A DNA stretch of 64,000 bases from Candidatus Hydrogenedentota bacterium (lineage in GTDB: Bacteria > Hydrogenedentota > Hydrogenedentia > Hydrogenedentales > SLHB01), in NCBI GenBank assembly GCA_963745075.1, contig CAVUWV010000017.1, positions 1 through 64,000 of the forward strand. Direction: 5' to 3'. The notes below the pieces were generated by a model, which made no database searches, had not been told where the DNA came from, and saw only the letters and a list, made by a program, of their open reading frames with translations. Made by a program: the position numbers and the translations under genes. Each line of letters begins with the position of its first letter. Within the stretch, counting starts at the first letter, position 1. This document shows positions 28,343 to 37,881 of the stretch, piece by piece.

Positions 28343-29590
28343 ATGCGGAACGATTGTCGTTGGTGTGCGGCGGGGATTCTCTGCACGTTGCTCATTACCA
28401 TTGCACAGGGCCAGACGCCGCCTCGATTTCATCAGGACCGTTTCGCCATCGGATTCTGGGTTGACCCTCCTGCTGACGACAAAATGGATGAGCGATACGC
28501 GGCAATCGCCGATGCGGGATTCACACTGGTGCTTGGCGGGTTCGGCGCACAAACTCCCGAAACCATCCAGCGGCAGTTGGCCCTATGCGAGAAGTATGGA
28601 TTGAAGGCGCTTACCTACCCTGCCTTGAAAGATTTCGACTATCTTCCAGAGAGCCCGGCCTGTTGGGGATATCTCGTCCGCGATGAACCCAACACCGTCG
28701 ACTTTCCCGATCTCAGCGCCATGGTCGACAAGATCCACGCGGCCCGTCCGGGGCGTATGGCCTACATCAATCTGTTTCCCAATTACGCCAGCGCGAAGCA
28801 ACTAGCTGCCGAGACCTACGACAAGTACGTGGAACAGTTTGTCGACGAGGTCGACGTGGACGTGCTCAGTATGGACCATTACCCTATCTTCACACCCGAT
28901 GCCGACGGACGAGACGCGTACTGCGCAAACCTGGCTGTCATGCGCAAACATTCGCTGCGCAAGGGGATCCCTTTTTGGAATTTCTTTAACACCATGCCCT
29001 TCGGTCCGCACACGGATCCCACCGAGGCCCAACTCCGCTGGCAGGTCTTCGCCTCGTTAGCATACGGCGCCAAGGGCGTACTTTACTTCTGCTACTGGAC
29101 GCCTGCCGGGAGCGAGTTCCCGAAGGGTGGCGCGATTCTGCATCGAGACGGCCGTCCGTCGCGCCATTACGATCAGGCGAAGCGCATCAATGCGGTGGTC
29201 GGCAAGCTCGGCCCCACGTTAATGCAGTTGACAAGCACCAACGTCATCCGCATTCGACCGGACGTGGACCCGAGTCCGGTACTGGAAGGTTCACCCATTC
29301 GCGCCATCCGCCGGGCCAACGTCGATCCGCTCAATGACTATCTCATTGGCGTTTTCGAGCACGTTGACGGACGCCGCGCGGTCTTGCTGAACAACAACCG
29401 CTTCGCATTCACCGCGTGGCCGACGGTCGAATTCGATGTGCCGGCGGGCAACGTACGCGAGGTCGATCAACGGACCGGGAAAGAGATCCCGGTCATCGAC
29501 GACAGTCCCGACATGAAAGGCGTGCAGCTCTCGCTGGATTCCGGCGAAGGACGGCTATTCCTGCTGCCACCGAAACGAGTGGAGCAATAG
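28343..29590 (+). CDS. Secreted glycoside-hydrolase-like TIM-barrel protein
   Basis: Signal peptide; WGYLVRDEP, YINLFP, SMDHYP, LRWQVFASLAYGAKGVLYFCY. Confidence 0.65.
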   Translation: MRNDCRWCAAGILCTLLITIAQGQTPPRFHQDRFAIGFWVDPPADDKMDERYAAIADAGFTLVLGGFGAQTPETIQRQLALCEKYGLKALTYPALKDFDYLPESPACWGYLVRDEPNTVDFPDLSAMVDKIHAARPGRMAYINLFPNYASAKQLAAETYDKYVEQFVDEVDVDVLSMDHYPIFTPDADGRDAYCANLAVMRKHSLRKGIPFWNFFNTMPFGPHTDPTEAQLRWQVFASLAYGAKGVLYFCYWTPAGSEFPKGGAILHRDGRPSRHYDQAKRINAVVGKLGPTLMQLTSTNVIRIRPDVDPSPVLEGSPIRAIRRANVDPLNDYLIGVFEHVDGRRAVLLNNNRFAFTAWPTVEFDVPAGNVREVDQRTGKEIPVIDDSPDMKGVQLSLDSGEGRLFLLPPKRVEQ

Positions 29591-29594
29591 AATC

Positions 29595-29628
29595 AAAAAG
29601 GGGGAACGATCCGTCCGGACCGCTCCCC
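29595..29628 (-). terminator. Rho-independent terminator of the DUF4382 gene
   Basis: Minus-strand RNA GGGGAGCGGUCC/GGAUCGUUCCCC (with G-U pairs), followed by CUUUUU. Confidence 0.65.
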
Positions 29629-29650
29629 GTTGGAATCGATCGGGGCTGAC

Positions 29651-30532
29651 TTACGGGGATGCGGGTAGAATCCGAACCGAATCAGCAACCACTGAACCGT
29701 CCACCTGAAGCAACCCGGTCACCTCGACCATCAGGCCGTCAGCCAAGTCTGCTTCCGTACCGGTAGCGGTGTCCGTATCGGTTTCCAGGAAGATCTGCGC
29801 TCCGCTGTAATCCACCGAGAGTTCGCCGTCGGTCAAGAGCAGCGTGAACGTATTGGCGTCCATATCCAGGTTGGCGATTTCGCCGCTGGACATCACGTCC
29901 GCCGACATCAACGTCAGGTCTGCCTGGAGTTGCGGCGTGAGCACGAAACGCCCGTTCCCATTGAGTGCTAAGTGAACGCCGCCGAAGTCCAGCAATAGGA
30001 GGCTCTGTTCCCCGTCCTCCAACGTGAACGTCTGGTCAATGAAGAGATAGCCGTTCGCCGTAAGTTTGACGTTGGTAATTTCCGTGTTCGGGTCGGAATT
30101 CAACACGAGCCGCGGATTACTGATGGCAAGCCGGATCTTCGTGTAGGTTCCGGCCGGAACCTCCGCCGTGGAAAGGGCCTCGGAAACCTGCGTCAGATCC
30201 AGCAGATTGACGTCGACCGGACCGGTGAATACTACCACTTTGGACTTGGTTGAAGTGGATTCATCCGTGGAATCTCCGTCGTCAGAATCGAGGGAAATTT
30301 CATCGATCGTGACCGTCAGGCTGTAGATGTCGTCAACCGCCACCACCGATTTTTCGGTATTCAAGGCGTTCATGACCGCATTCTTCAACGAACCGGAATC
30401 GGTCGTGAACACAGTGGTTACCTTGGCCTTTCCGGCCGATATCATTCTGGGGCATCCCGTGCCGATCGCCACCAGCATTCCGGCACAGAATAGAAGCGTG
30501 AGAATTCCGAAACGTGACTTGAGCCCGAGCAT
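29651..30532 (-). CDS. DUF4382-like lipoprotein with a C-terminal DUF5666-like OB domain
   Basis: Lipobox IGTGC; VNLLDLT, VPAGTYTKIRL, LLLDF, FVLTPQ; C-terminal DLADGLMVEVTG...VVADSVRI; RBS GAGGAGG. Confidence 0.75.
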   Translation of the reverse strand: MLGLKSRFGILTLLFCAGMLVAIGTGCPRMISAGKAKVTTVFTTDSGSLKNAVMNALNTEKSVVAVDDIYSLTVTIDEISLDSDDGDSTDESTSTKSKVVVFTGPVDVNLLDLTQVSEALSTAEVPAGTYTKIRLAISNPRLVLNSDPNTEITNVKLTANGYLFIDQTFTLEDGEQSLLLLDFGGVHLALNGNGRFVLTPQLQADLTLMSADVMSSGEIANLDMDANTFTLLLTDGELSVDYSGAQIFLETDTDTATGTEADLADGLMVEVTGLLQVDGSVVADSVRILPASP

Positions 30533-30710
30533 GGACGTTACCTCCTCGTCCCCCAGCTTTGTTGAACCCAATCCATAAGAAATGGCCGATCCCCGTCTCG
30601 CCAATGCCTAATTGTATCCCGCAAATCCGGAATTCGGCAAGTAGATATATCGGTAAAAAACTATTTTATATTGTTTAGTGCGAATTTTGCTTTTAAATAA
30701 ATCCGGGTGG

Positions 30711-31541
30711 TCAGCGGTCGGAAACTGCTTTCAAACCCATCTGGACCAAGTCCACATTAAAGAGCAGTTGCAGCGCAGCGAGCACGGTCAGCACGCCAAT
30801 GATCCGGTTAAACAGAGTCTCTGAGACGCGGTGATGCATCCATTTCCCGAGGTATGAGCCAATGGGAATCAGCGGCACGAGCACCAGATCGAGATGGAGC
30901 ACATCCGGCCGGATGAGGCCGATGGCGACGTAAAACGGCAGCTTGGTGAGGTTGATCAGGGTAAAAGTCCAGGCGACCGTTCCCACGAACAGCGATTTAC
31001 CGAGCCCGTGCGCGAAGATGTAGAGCCCCACGATCGGCCCGGCGGCGTGGGCGATAGTCGAACAGAACCCTGCGGAAATCCCCGCTGTCACGGCGGCGCG
31101 CGGACCGGGACGATAATGACTGACCCACTCCATGGCCGTTTCGCGCAGCACGATGTACGACACGAAGAGAATGGCGATCGCGCCCACGAACTTTTTGATG
31201 TACGGCGCGTAGGTTTCCATGTCGCGCTGGCCGATGTACCACCACACCGCTGCGCCGAGCAGAATTCCGGCGATGCATGGAATATAAATCGAGCGGATAA
31301 CTTTCCAGTCCTTGTTGGTGCGGTGGTGATAGATGGCGTTCATGTCGCAAAGAATCAGGAGCGGCAAAAGCATGGCCGCGACCTTCTGCACCGGCATGAC
31401 GAGCATCATGAGTGGCAGCGACAACACCCCCGCGCCCCCCGCGAACCCCGACTTACTGATTCCCTGGATCAGAATCGCGATAGCGACAAACACCCAGAAT
31501 ACGGCTACCGGCGTGCCGGGCAGGATGAACTCGTCGAACAA
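30711..31541 (-). CDS. TauE/SafE family membrane exporter
   Basis: GISKSGFAGGAG, LLPLLILCD, GFCSTIAHAAGP, NLTKLPFY; TTG start after GAAAGGA. Confidence 0.85.
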   Translation of the reverse strand: MFDEFILPGTPVAVFWVFVAIAILIQGISKSGFAGGAGVLSLPLMMLVMPVQKVAAMLLPLLILCDMNAIYHHRTNKDWKVIRSIYIPCIAGILLGAAVWWYIGQRDMETYAPYIKKFVGAIAILFVSYIVLRETAMEWVSHYRPGPRAAVTAGISAGFCSTIAHAAGPIVGLYIFAHGLGKSLFVGTVAWTFTLINLTKLPFYVAIGLIRPDVLHLDLVLVPLIPIGSYLGKWMHHRVSETLFNRIIGVLTVLAALQLLFNVDLVQMGLKAVSDR

Positions 31542-31563
31542 TGCAGCAATTCCTTTCGAACGT

Positions 31564-33267
31564 TCAGGAACTACCGCGGAGGAAGGTAGCGTTTCCCTCG
31601 AACTCGATGGTTTGGTTGTTGGACGCGAAATTGGTGTAGGTGCCGAAGAGATACGAACCGGCCTTGCGCAGGTTCCATGACGTGTCGCCAAAGAGGTCTA
31701 CGCCGCTCCAGACCAGCTCGATGCGATTATCAGACCCGACGACCCCCGTGACGCCGAACTGGCGGCGGCTCTGTTCGCCGGCCAGCCGGACCGAACCGGT
31801 CCCGGTAAACGTGCCGTCATTGGCGACGCTTCCGATGGTGATCAGGGCGAGTTGGCTCGCACGGTTCTCCGTTCCATTCGTTGTCGACGAATCGAAGAAG
31901 GATGCCACATAGGTGCCGCTTAACCCGCTGGTTGTTCCGTACCGCCATTCCGCCACGCCGCTGCTGACAAACTGATCGCTGCTGTTGAATTGCTGGTACG
32001 ATCCAACCAGCACGGGCCCGGCCAGCCGCAGGTTCCACGAGAAGCGGCGGCCCGAACGCGTGGCGTCCATGACAAGTTCGTTGCCGACGATGGACCCATT
32101 TTCAATGGTGTAACTTGCGAATTCCGGGGTCGCCTCGGATTCGTCCAATACGCGAATCGTTCCCGTCACATCGTTGCCGTTGACCGAAACCCCCGACATG
32201 ACCATGAGGTAATCGGACACGAGGTTTCCCGCGCCCTGCGCGTCGCCAAAGGCCGTGACCCACGTGCGCTCGAAACCGGAGGGTTGGGGATCGGCTGCGT
32301 CATACCACGTCGCGTGTCCGAAACGAACCAGTTGGTTTGAATCGTTGAACTGACCGTACGCGGCGGCAATCACGCTTCCCGTGTGATAGCCGAACCAGTC
32401 GACTTCTCCGTTGGCGGGGTTGAAATTGCCGAACCGCAGCTCCGTTTGCGTGCCGCTCAGAAACCCGTCGACAACGTCGAAATCGAACACCTGCACGACG
32501 TCGTTCGGCCGTTGCTCGACGTAGGCGCCCAATCCGGACAAGGTGCCGTTCTGAGCCGAAGCCAACGTCGCGCTTGCCGTGCGATCCCGCGCCGTGTATG
32601 CGCCGCCGGCGCCGAACGCATCGCTGAACGCTGCCGCCCACGATCGGTCGATGTTTGTCGCGCCCACCCGGTATAGGAGGAGGTGTCCGGACCGGTCGAG
32701 GGTCAGGTTGGCGCCGCGCTCCGCGTAGAGCACCACCAGTTGGCTTCCTGCAAGCCGGAGCCAGAGCGTGGGATTGTTGTCGAATTTGTTTCCCCCAGTG
32801 AGATTCAATACCAAATCGTCGCCGTTGGCGGTCCCGGTGATTTGCACGGTAAACGGTTGAGCGTCGAACGCGCTGGAGCCCTGGTTAAAGAAGCGAAATA
32901 CCGTACCGGTGCCGGACACGGAGGCGTTGTTCTGGCTCAACGCCAAGCTGATTGCATGCTGACGCTGTCCGGCCCCTTGTGGGAGGTCGTCCCCGAAAAC
33001 GCCGATCCACGAGCCGGCAAACCGCTGGTCAGTGGCGCCGCCTCCCGTGCCTCCTCCCCCAATACCGCCGCCTCCCGTGCCGCCGCCCCCGGTACCGCCT
33101 CCGCCTGTACCCCCGCCCGAGTTGCCGCCGCCGGGGTACGTTGGCGTCGCGTCGGACGCGACGGTCGCTCCCCATTTCAGGCCTTCGCCATCAAGGCCGC
33201 ACCCCGACAAGAAGAATCCGAACAAACCCCCAAAAGCGAGTAGCAGAACGATTTTCCGGGGATGCAC
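31564..33267 (-). CDS. Lipoprotein with a Gly-rich linker and four tandem ~120-aa beta-rich repeats
   Basis: Lipobox LSGC after GTG 33267 (AGGAGG); (GGGT)n linker; repeats start FAGSWIGVFGD / IDRSWAAAFSD / FERTWVTAFGD / LSGTYVASFFD. Confidence 0.7.
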   Translation of the reverse strand: MHPRKIVLLLAFGGLFGFFLSGCGLDGEGLKWGATVASDATPTYPGGGNSGGGTGGGGTGGGGTGGGGIGGGGTGGGATDQRFAGSWIGVFGDDLPQGAGQRQHAISLALSQNNASVSGTGTVFRFFNQGSSAFDAQPFTVQITGTANGDDLVLNLTGGNKFDNNPTLWLRLAGSQLVVLYAERGANLTLDRSGHLLLYRVGATNIDRSWAAAFSDAFGAGGAYTARDRTASATLASAQNGTLSGLGAYVEQRPNDVVQVFDFDVVDGFLSGTQTELRFGNFNPANGEVDWFGYHTGSVIAAAYGQFNDSNQLVRFGHATWYDAADPQPSGFERTWVTAFGDAQGAGNLVSDYLMVMSGVSVNGNDVTGTIRVLDESEATPEFASYTIENGSIVGNELVMDATRSGRRFSWNLRLAGPVLVGSYQQFNSSDQFVSSGVAEWRYGTTSGLSGTYVASFFDSSTTNGTENRASQLALITIGSVANDGTFTGTGSVRLAGEQSRRQFGVTGVVGSDNRIELVWSGVDLFGDTSWNLRKAGSYLFGTYTNFASNNQTIEFEGNATFLRGSS

Positions 33268-33514
33268 ACTCACCTCCTTCGATGGTTCCGTTTCCGCTCT
33301 CCGCCGCGGGGAGAACGAACGAACCATCGAGTTCCAATCACCTGTGTAAGTATATGGTCTGAGGTATAGCCCGTTACAACCATGCAACGCCCAGCCGCCG
33401 ACAACGGTTGACGGTCCCATGGTGTTTCCCGTCTGGTCTTGTTTGGCGTATAGTGTTTGGAGCGACAGTGTTGTGACGGAATGGCTTCGTCAACCCGTGG
33501 AAGGAGATGGCATC

Positions 33515-34363
33515 ATGATTCGTTTGCACCCACGTTTCCGGTACTCCTTGTTTTCGGCCTTGCTGTTAAGCTGCACATTCGGCTTCGTGTGCGCTCACGC
33601 CGAAGACCAAGCCGTCCCCGAAGGTCCGGTCGAGGAATGGACCGGCAAAACGGTGATGGTGTTTACTCCCCACCCCGACGACGACACCTTCATGTGCGGC
33701 GGGATTATGTCCGTTCTTGCCGCGAACGGGAACAAGGTGATCGTCGTCATCTATACGAATGACAATAAAGGTTCGCTGGATCTGGAGATGTCCCGCGAAC
33801 GATTGGCCCGCATCCGTCGCGCGGAAGAAGAAAAGGCTTGCGAAATCCTGGGCATCCCGAAGGAAAACATCATCTGGCTGGGTTATGAGGATGGCGACCT
33901 GGAATACGCCGATCCGCGCGTGCTACGCGGTCAGGCGAGCCGGCTCATGAAGAAGTACCGCCCGGACGCTGTGTTCTCAATAGACCCGGGAACCATCTAT
34001 GAACGGTGGCACAAGACCGATCACCGCATGGCGGCGTTTGTCACGAAAGATGCTTTTATCGCCAACGAATGGCATCTCTACTACCCGCAACATCTGCTCG
34101 ACGAGGGGCTGCAACCTTACCACGTGCCGCTGGCCTTTTATTACTACACGGAAGAACCCAACTATAAGGTCAACGTCACGGACATTGTTGAGAAGAAGCT
34201 CAAGGCCAGCGCCGCACACGTGAGCCAGTTCGAGCCGTCGCTCAGCAAGTACACGCCGGAGATGCCCAAGGAAACCTACGAGGGCATCCGCGAGTGGGGC
34301 CTGGGCATGATGAAAGACGGCGACCGCTACGTAGAACGCTTCCGCCGCGAAGAATGGCCGTGA
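33515..34363 (+). CDS. PIG-L/LmbE family deacetylase with signal peptide
   Basis: FTPHPDDD, RRAEE..A..ILG, LGYEDG, HKTDH, AHVSQ, ERF; RBS AAGGAG. Confidence 0.88.
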   Translation: MIRLHPRFRYSLFSALLLSCTFGFVCAHAEDQAVPEGPVEEWTGKTVMVFTPHPDDDTFMCGGIMSVLAANGNKVIVVIYTNDNKGSLDLEMSRERLARIRRAEEEKACEILGIPKENIIWLGYEDGDLEYADPRVLRGQASRLMKKYRPDAVFSIDPGTIYERWHKTDHRMAAFVTKDAFIANEWHLYYPQHLLDEGLQPYHVPLAFYYYTEEPNYKVNVTDIVEKKLKASAAHVSQFEPSLSKYTPEMPKETYEGIREWGLGMMKDGDRYVERFRREEWP

Positions 34364-34370
34364 TCCTTTT

Positions 34371-34457
34371 CCACAAGAGAACACAAAGAACACCAGAACA
34401 GGGGCTCCGCAACGGTGCGCTATTTTCCCTTCTTGTGTTCTTTGCGTTCTTTGGCGG
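34371..34457. repeat. Inverted element made of 9-bp-period AACACAAAG-type units
   Basis: Arms 34371-34398 and 34430-34457 match at 23/28 positions as reverse complements, with a 31-bp spacer, between convergent genes. Confidence 0.7.
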
Positions 34458-34466
34458 CTAATTTTC

Positions 34467-35447
34467 TTAGATCGAGACCATTTCTCCGGTTTGCGCAGAT
34501 TTATACGCGGCGACGGTGACTTCCACGGCTTTGAGCCCGTCGTAGCCCGTGATGGCGGGATCGCGTTTCTCGTTGCAGGCGGCGGCGAAATCGCGCACCA
34601 GGCCGAGATCGGAATTGTCGCCCCAACACGCCCACTCGGCCTTCATGATGGTGTCGTTGTACACGTTGACCTTCTGGTTAAATGCGTCGACATTGAGCAC
34701 GCCGTTTTCCGCGATGATTTCCATCGTCACATCGCCCCAGATGGGGAAACTCTTTGCGCGATTCCAACTGGCGACATGGGAAACTTTAATGCCGCCTTCC
34801 ATTTCGAAATGGAGACTGCCGACGTCGTCCGTGCCGATCCCTTTGTGGATGAGGTTTCCGTTTTCGCAGTAGACCTTCGTGATTTCCTTCCCAAACATCC
34901 AGCGTAACAGGTCCACCACGTGGACCGTGTGGTCCATCGTCGCGCCGCCGCCGGACAGTTTCTCGTCCGCAAACCAGCCACCGGGATAACTGCCGTTATT
35001 GGTGCACGAGGCGGCGTAGATGGCGCCGAAGCGGCCGGTATCCAGATCTTTCTTGGCGGCCATCAACGGGGCCACGTAGCGGCAGGGAAACGCGGTGCCG
35101 AGACCCACCCCTGCCTTCTTGCAGGCGTCGATCATGGCCTGCGCGTCTTCGATGGTCGTGGCCAGTGGCTTCTCGCAGAGAACCCATTTCCCTGCTCTAG
35201 CCGCCGCCTCCACCATGGCCCGGTGTTTCACGTTTTCGGAGCACACAATGACGCCGTCCAGGTCGGACGCGAGGAAAGCGTCCATGTCCGCCATAAACGG
35301 AGCGCCGAACTGGTCCGAGGCGGCTTGGCCGCGCTCGGGCTCGTCATCCCAAATCGCGAACAGTTCCGTTTCCTTCAATTCGTTGACCGCTACCGCATAG
35401 CTGAACGCATGCATGTGTGCGAAACTCATGATCCCCAACTTCGCCAT
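34467..35447 (-). CDS. Gfo/Idh/MocA family oxidoreductase
   Basis: VLCEKPLA, GGGATMDHTVHVVD; atypical N-terminus LGIMSFAHMHA. Confidence 0.9.
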   Translation of the reverse strand: MAKLGIMSFAHMHAFSYAVAVNELKETELFAIWDDEPERGQAASDQFGAPFMADMDAFLASDLDGVIVCSENVKHRAMVEAAARAGKWVLCEKPLATTIEDAQAMIDACKKAGVGLGTAFPCRYVAPLMAAKKDLDTGRFGAIYAASCTNNGSYPGGWFADEKLSGGGATMDHTVHVVDLLRWMFGKEITKVYCENGNLIHKGIGTDDVGSLHFEMEGGIKVSHVASWNRAKSFPIWGDVTMEIIAENGVLNVDAFNQKVNVYNDTIMKAEWACWGDNSDLGLVRDFAAACNEKRDPAITGYDGLKAVEVTVAAYKSAQTGEMVSI

Positions 35448-35486
35448 ACTTCCCATTTCCTCCAAGGTTGGCGGTTGCTCCGCCAC

Positions 35487-35885
35487 CTAATCATCACTAT
35501 CAACGTTTCCGGACAACTCGCCGTCACTCACATTCGCGCTGCGAATCCGGCTAATCAGGCGAAAGAACACATGGGCCGCAGCCGCCAGGAAAGGACCCGG
35601 CACCGCGAACAGGATCAGCCAAAGCACCACGGAAAGCGGCTTCTTCACCGGCGATGCCGCGACCTCTTCAACGCCCTGGGCGCCTTGTACCGTTTCGGCG
35701 ATTTTTTCACCGAAACCAGACCACTGCAGCGCGGGATACAGACCGAGACACATCGTGCACAACGCGCCAATCAGCAGTGCCAATTTCAGGTTGTCCTTGG
35801 CTGCTAACCGCAACATCCACACAAACAGAAGGAGTGCGGCAATTCCCACGATGTACGGTAAAACGTTTGCCTCAACAAATTGCAT
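35487..35885 (-). CDS. Small membrane protein (about 3 TM helices), unknown function
   Basis: Three hydrophobic segments; lies between the two oxidoreductase genes on the same strand. Confidence 0.6.
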   Translation of the reverse strand: MQFVEANVLPYIVGIAALLLFVWMLRLAAKDNLKLALLIGALCTMCLGLYPALQWSGFGEKIAETVQGAQGVEEVAASPVKKPLSVVLWLILFAVPGPFLAAAAHVFFRLISRIRSANVSDGELSGNVDSDD

Positions 35886-35978
35886 AGATAGGGTCTCCGC
35901 GATTGTCTGCCGCGTTGGAGGACCGTTTCCACGGTGACGATCCCTGAAAACACCGCTGGGTAAGACCGGTGTGCTCCG

Positions 35979-36959
35979 TCAGTTGAACGCCACCGGCTGT
36001 CCGGTTTCCGCCGATTCGAGCGCGGCCAATGCCATGCGAACCGCCCAGACTGCATCGTCCGGCGTTACCCGCGGGTCGCTCGTGCCTTCGAGCCACCCTT
36101 TGAAGTCCTGCCATTCGAGTTGATAGGGGCTCACACCAACGGGGCTTGCCGGCACAATCATCCCCGGCTGGCCGTCGGCACTCTCGCGCATCATCACCGA
36201 AAGGGGCGCTTCATTACTGTCGAATTGCAGCATTCCGTTGTCGCCGCAGACTTCCACCTTGACCCGAAATCCGGCGGGATGGGCCCACGTTCCGGTTGTC
36301 GTGACGATGATGCCGCTTTTCATACGAAACGTCACCATGGCATAGTCGATGGCCTCGTCGAAGTGTTCCTTCAAATTCTGACTGAACACACGCTCGGGAT
36401 CGCCGAAGGCATACCGGATCCAGTCGAAGTCGTGAATGATCGTGTCAAAGGTCACGCCGCCGCTCATTTCCCAGTTGCGGAACCAATGGCCCGCGCCGAC
36501 CGGGCAGATGCCACCGCGATACGTCCGCACGAATCCCACCTTGCCGACCTTTCCGGCGTCAATTTGGGCCTTCACGGCCTCAAACTCCTGAAAGTAACGG
36601 ACGACGTGACCGACGAAAAGTTTGACGCCGGCCGTTTTCACCGCCGCCAGAGCCGTCTCACATTGCTCCAGGTTTCGCCCGAACGGTTTTTCGCAGAAGA
36701 TGTCCTTCCCGGCCTCGGCTGCCGCCACCACGTATTCCAGATGATAAGGCGTGGGCGTCAACACGGCTATGATGTCAATGTCCTTGCGTTTGCACAAAGA
36801 CATGCAGTCGTCGGTCGCGTCGGCGCCGAACTTCTTGGCCAGATCCTCAGCCTTTGCCATGACCGCGTCGCCACATGCAACGATTTTGAAACCTGCATTG
36901 GACGCAAATTGGGCATGATGCGCGCCCATTCCGCTGCATCCGATAAGTGCTACGTTCAT
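35979..36959 (-). CDS. Gfo/Idh/MocA family oxidoreductase
   Basis: VALIGCSGMG Rossmann motif, FCEKP, GHVVRYF, SGGVTFDTIIHDFD; RBS GGAGGAG. Confidence 0.92.
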   Translation of the reverse strand: MNVALIGCSGMGAHHAQFASNAGFKIVACGDAVMAKAEDLAKKFGADATDDCMSLCKRKDIDIIAVLTPTPYHLEYVVAAAEAGKDIFCEKPFGRNLEQCETALAAVKTAGVKLFVGHVVRYFQEFEAVKAQIDAGKVGKVGFVRTYRGGICPVGAGHWFRNWEMSGGVTFDTIIHDFDWIRYAFGDPERVFSQNLKEHFDEAIDYAMVTFRMKSGIIVTTTGTWAHPAGFRVKVEVCGDNGMLQFDSNEAPLSVMMRESADGQPGMIVPASPVGVSPYQLEWQDFKGWLEGTSDPRVTPDDAVWAVRMALAALESAETGQPVAFN

Positions 36960-37065
36960 TCTGCTCCTCCCGAAAGTGCAGAGCCGATTTCAGCGGTTCT
37001 GCCACGCGCCAATGCCGTCTTCCCCGCGAGCGCGGGAATCTATCCAGACCTGACGGCAGACCCTC

Positions 37066-37881
37066 CTACAATGCCAGAATCGAGCGTTCGCTTGCCAATA
37101 CGTGGCGCAACATCGCCTCCAGCGAGTGCTGGTATGGCCAATACTCGGCGGTCAGCGCCCGGTCGTAATCAACCGCCCGCAGCGCTGCGATCACCTCCGG
37201 CCAGTTCACGTCGCCCTCCATGAGCATCACGAACCCGTCGAGGGTGCCGACGGCCCGGCGGAAGTCTTTCAGATGGACCGCGCGGATGCGGTTGCCGAGG
37301 ATTCGGATCCACTGCTCTGGAAGGCCATACAACATGATGTTGCCCGTGTCGAAATAGGCGCCCACGTATTCGCTCTCGCACTGGTCGATGAAATCGCGCA
37401 TCTCGACCGGACTCAGTAGAAATTTGTTCCAGACATTTTCAATGGCGATGGACACCTTGAGCTTTTCGGCAGTATCCGCCAGTTCGCGAACGCTCCGAAG
37501 CGCGTTCTCTAAGGCCACGTCGTAGGGCGTCGCGTCATCGCAGACTCCCGGCACGACCAGCACCGCGTCCGCGCCCAGCCATGCGGCCACCTGAAGCGTT
37601 TGCGCAATAGCCTCCTCGGCCTTTTCCCGGTTGGCCGCGTCCTGCGACGTGAGATGATATTCCCATCCCATGCCGTTGGCTACGCTGCACAGCGCGATTC
37701 CCAGCGATTCCGCGTGACGCCGGATAGCCGTCGCCTCTTTCTCGGAAATATCCAACGGCGTCGGGCCGTCGTTCCCTACGCAGACCTCGAATGCCGAGAA
37801 TCCGATGCGCTGTGCCAGGGACATGGTTTCCGTCGTTGGCATGTCGCCGGGGAACCCCCATTGATTGATTCCTGGTAGCAT
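37066..37881 (-). CDS. Sugar phosphate isomerase/epimerase (xylose-isomerase-like TIM barrel)
   Basis: IAIENVWNKFLLSP, YFDTGN, VHLKDF, GDVNW, LTAE. Confidence 0.9.
   Translation of the reverse strand: MLPGINQWGFPGDMPTTETMSLAQRIGFSAFEVCVGNDGPTPLDISEKEATAIRRHAESLGIALCSVANGMGWEYHLTSQDAANREKAEEAIAQTLQVAAWLGADAVLVVPGVCDDATPYDVALENALRSVRELADTAEKLKVSIAIENVWNKFLLSPVEMRDFIDQCESEYVGAYFDTGNIMLYGLPEQWIRILGNRIRAVHLKDFRRAVGTLDGFVMLMEGDVNWPEVIAALRAVDYDRALTAEYWPYQHSLEAMLRHVLASERSILAL

Noticed and set aside
33034..33135. Short tandem DNA repeats (CCGCCGCCTCCCGTG-like)
   Set aside because: They encode the (GGGT)n protein linker; not CRISPR or a regulatory array.
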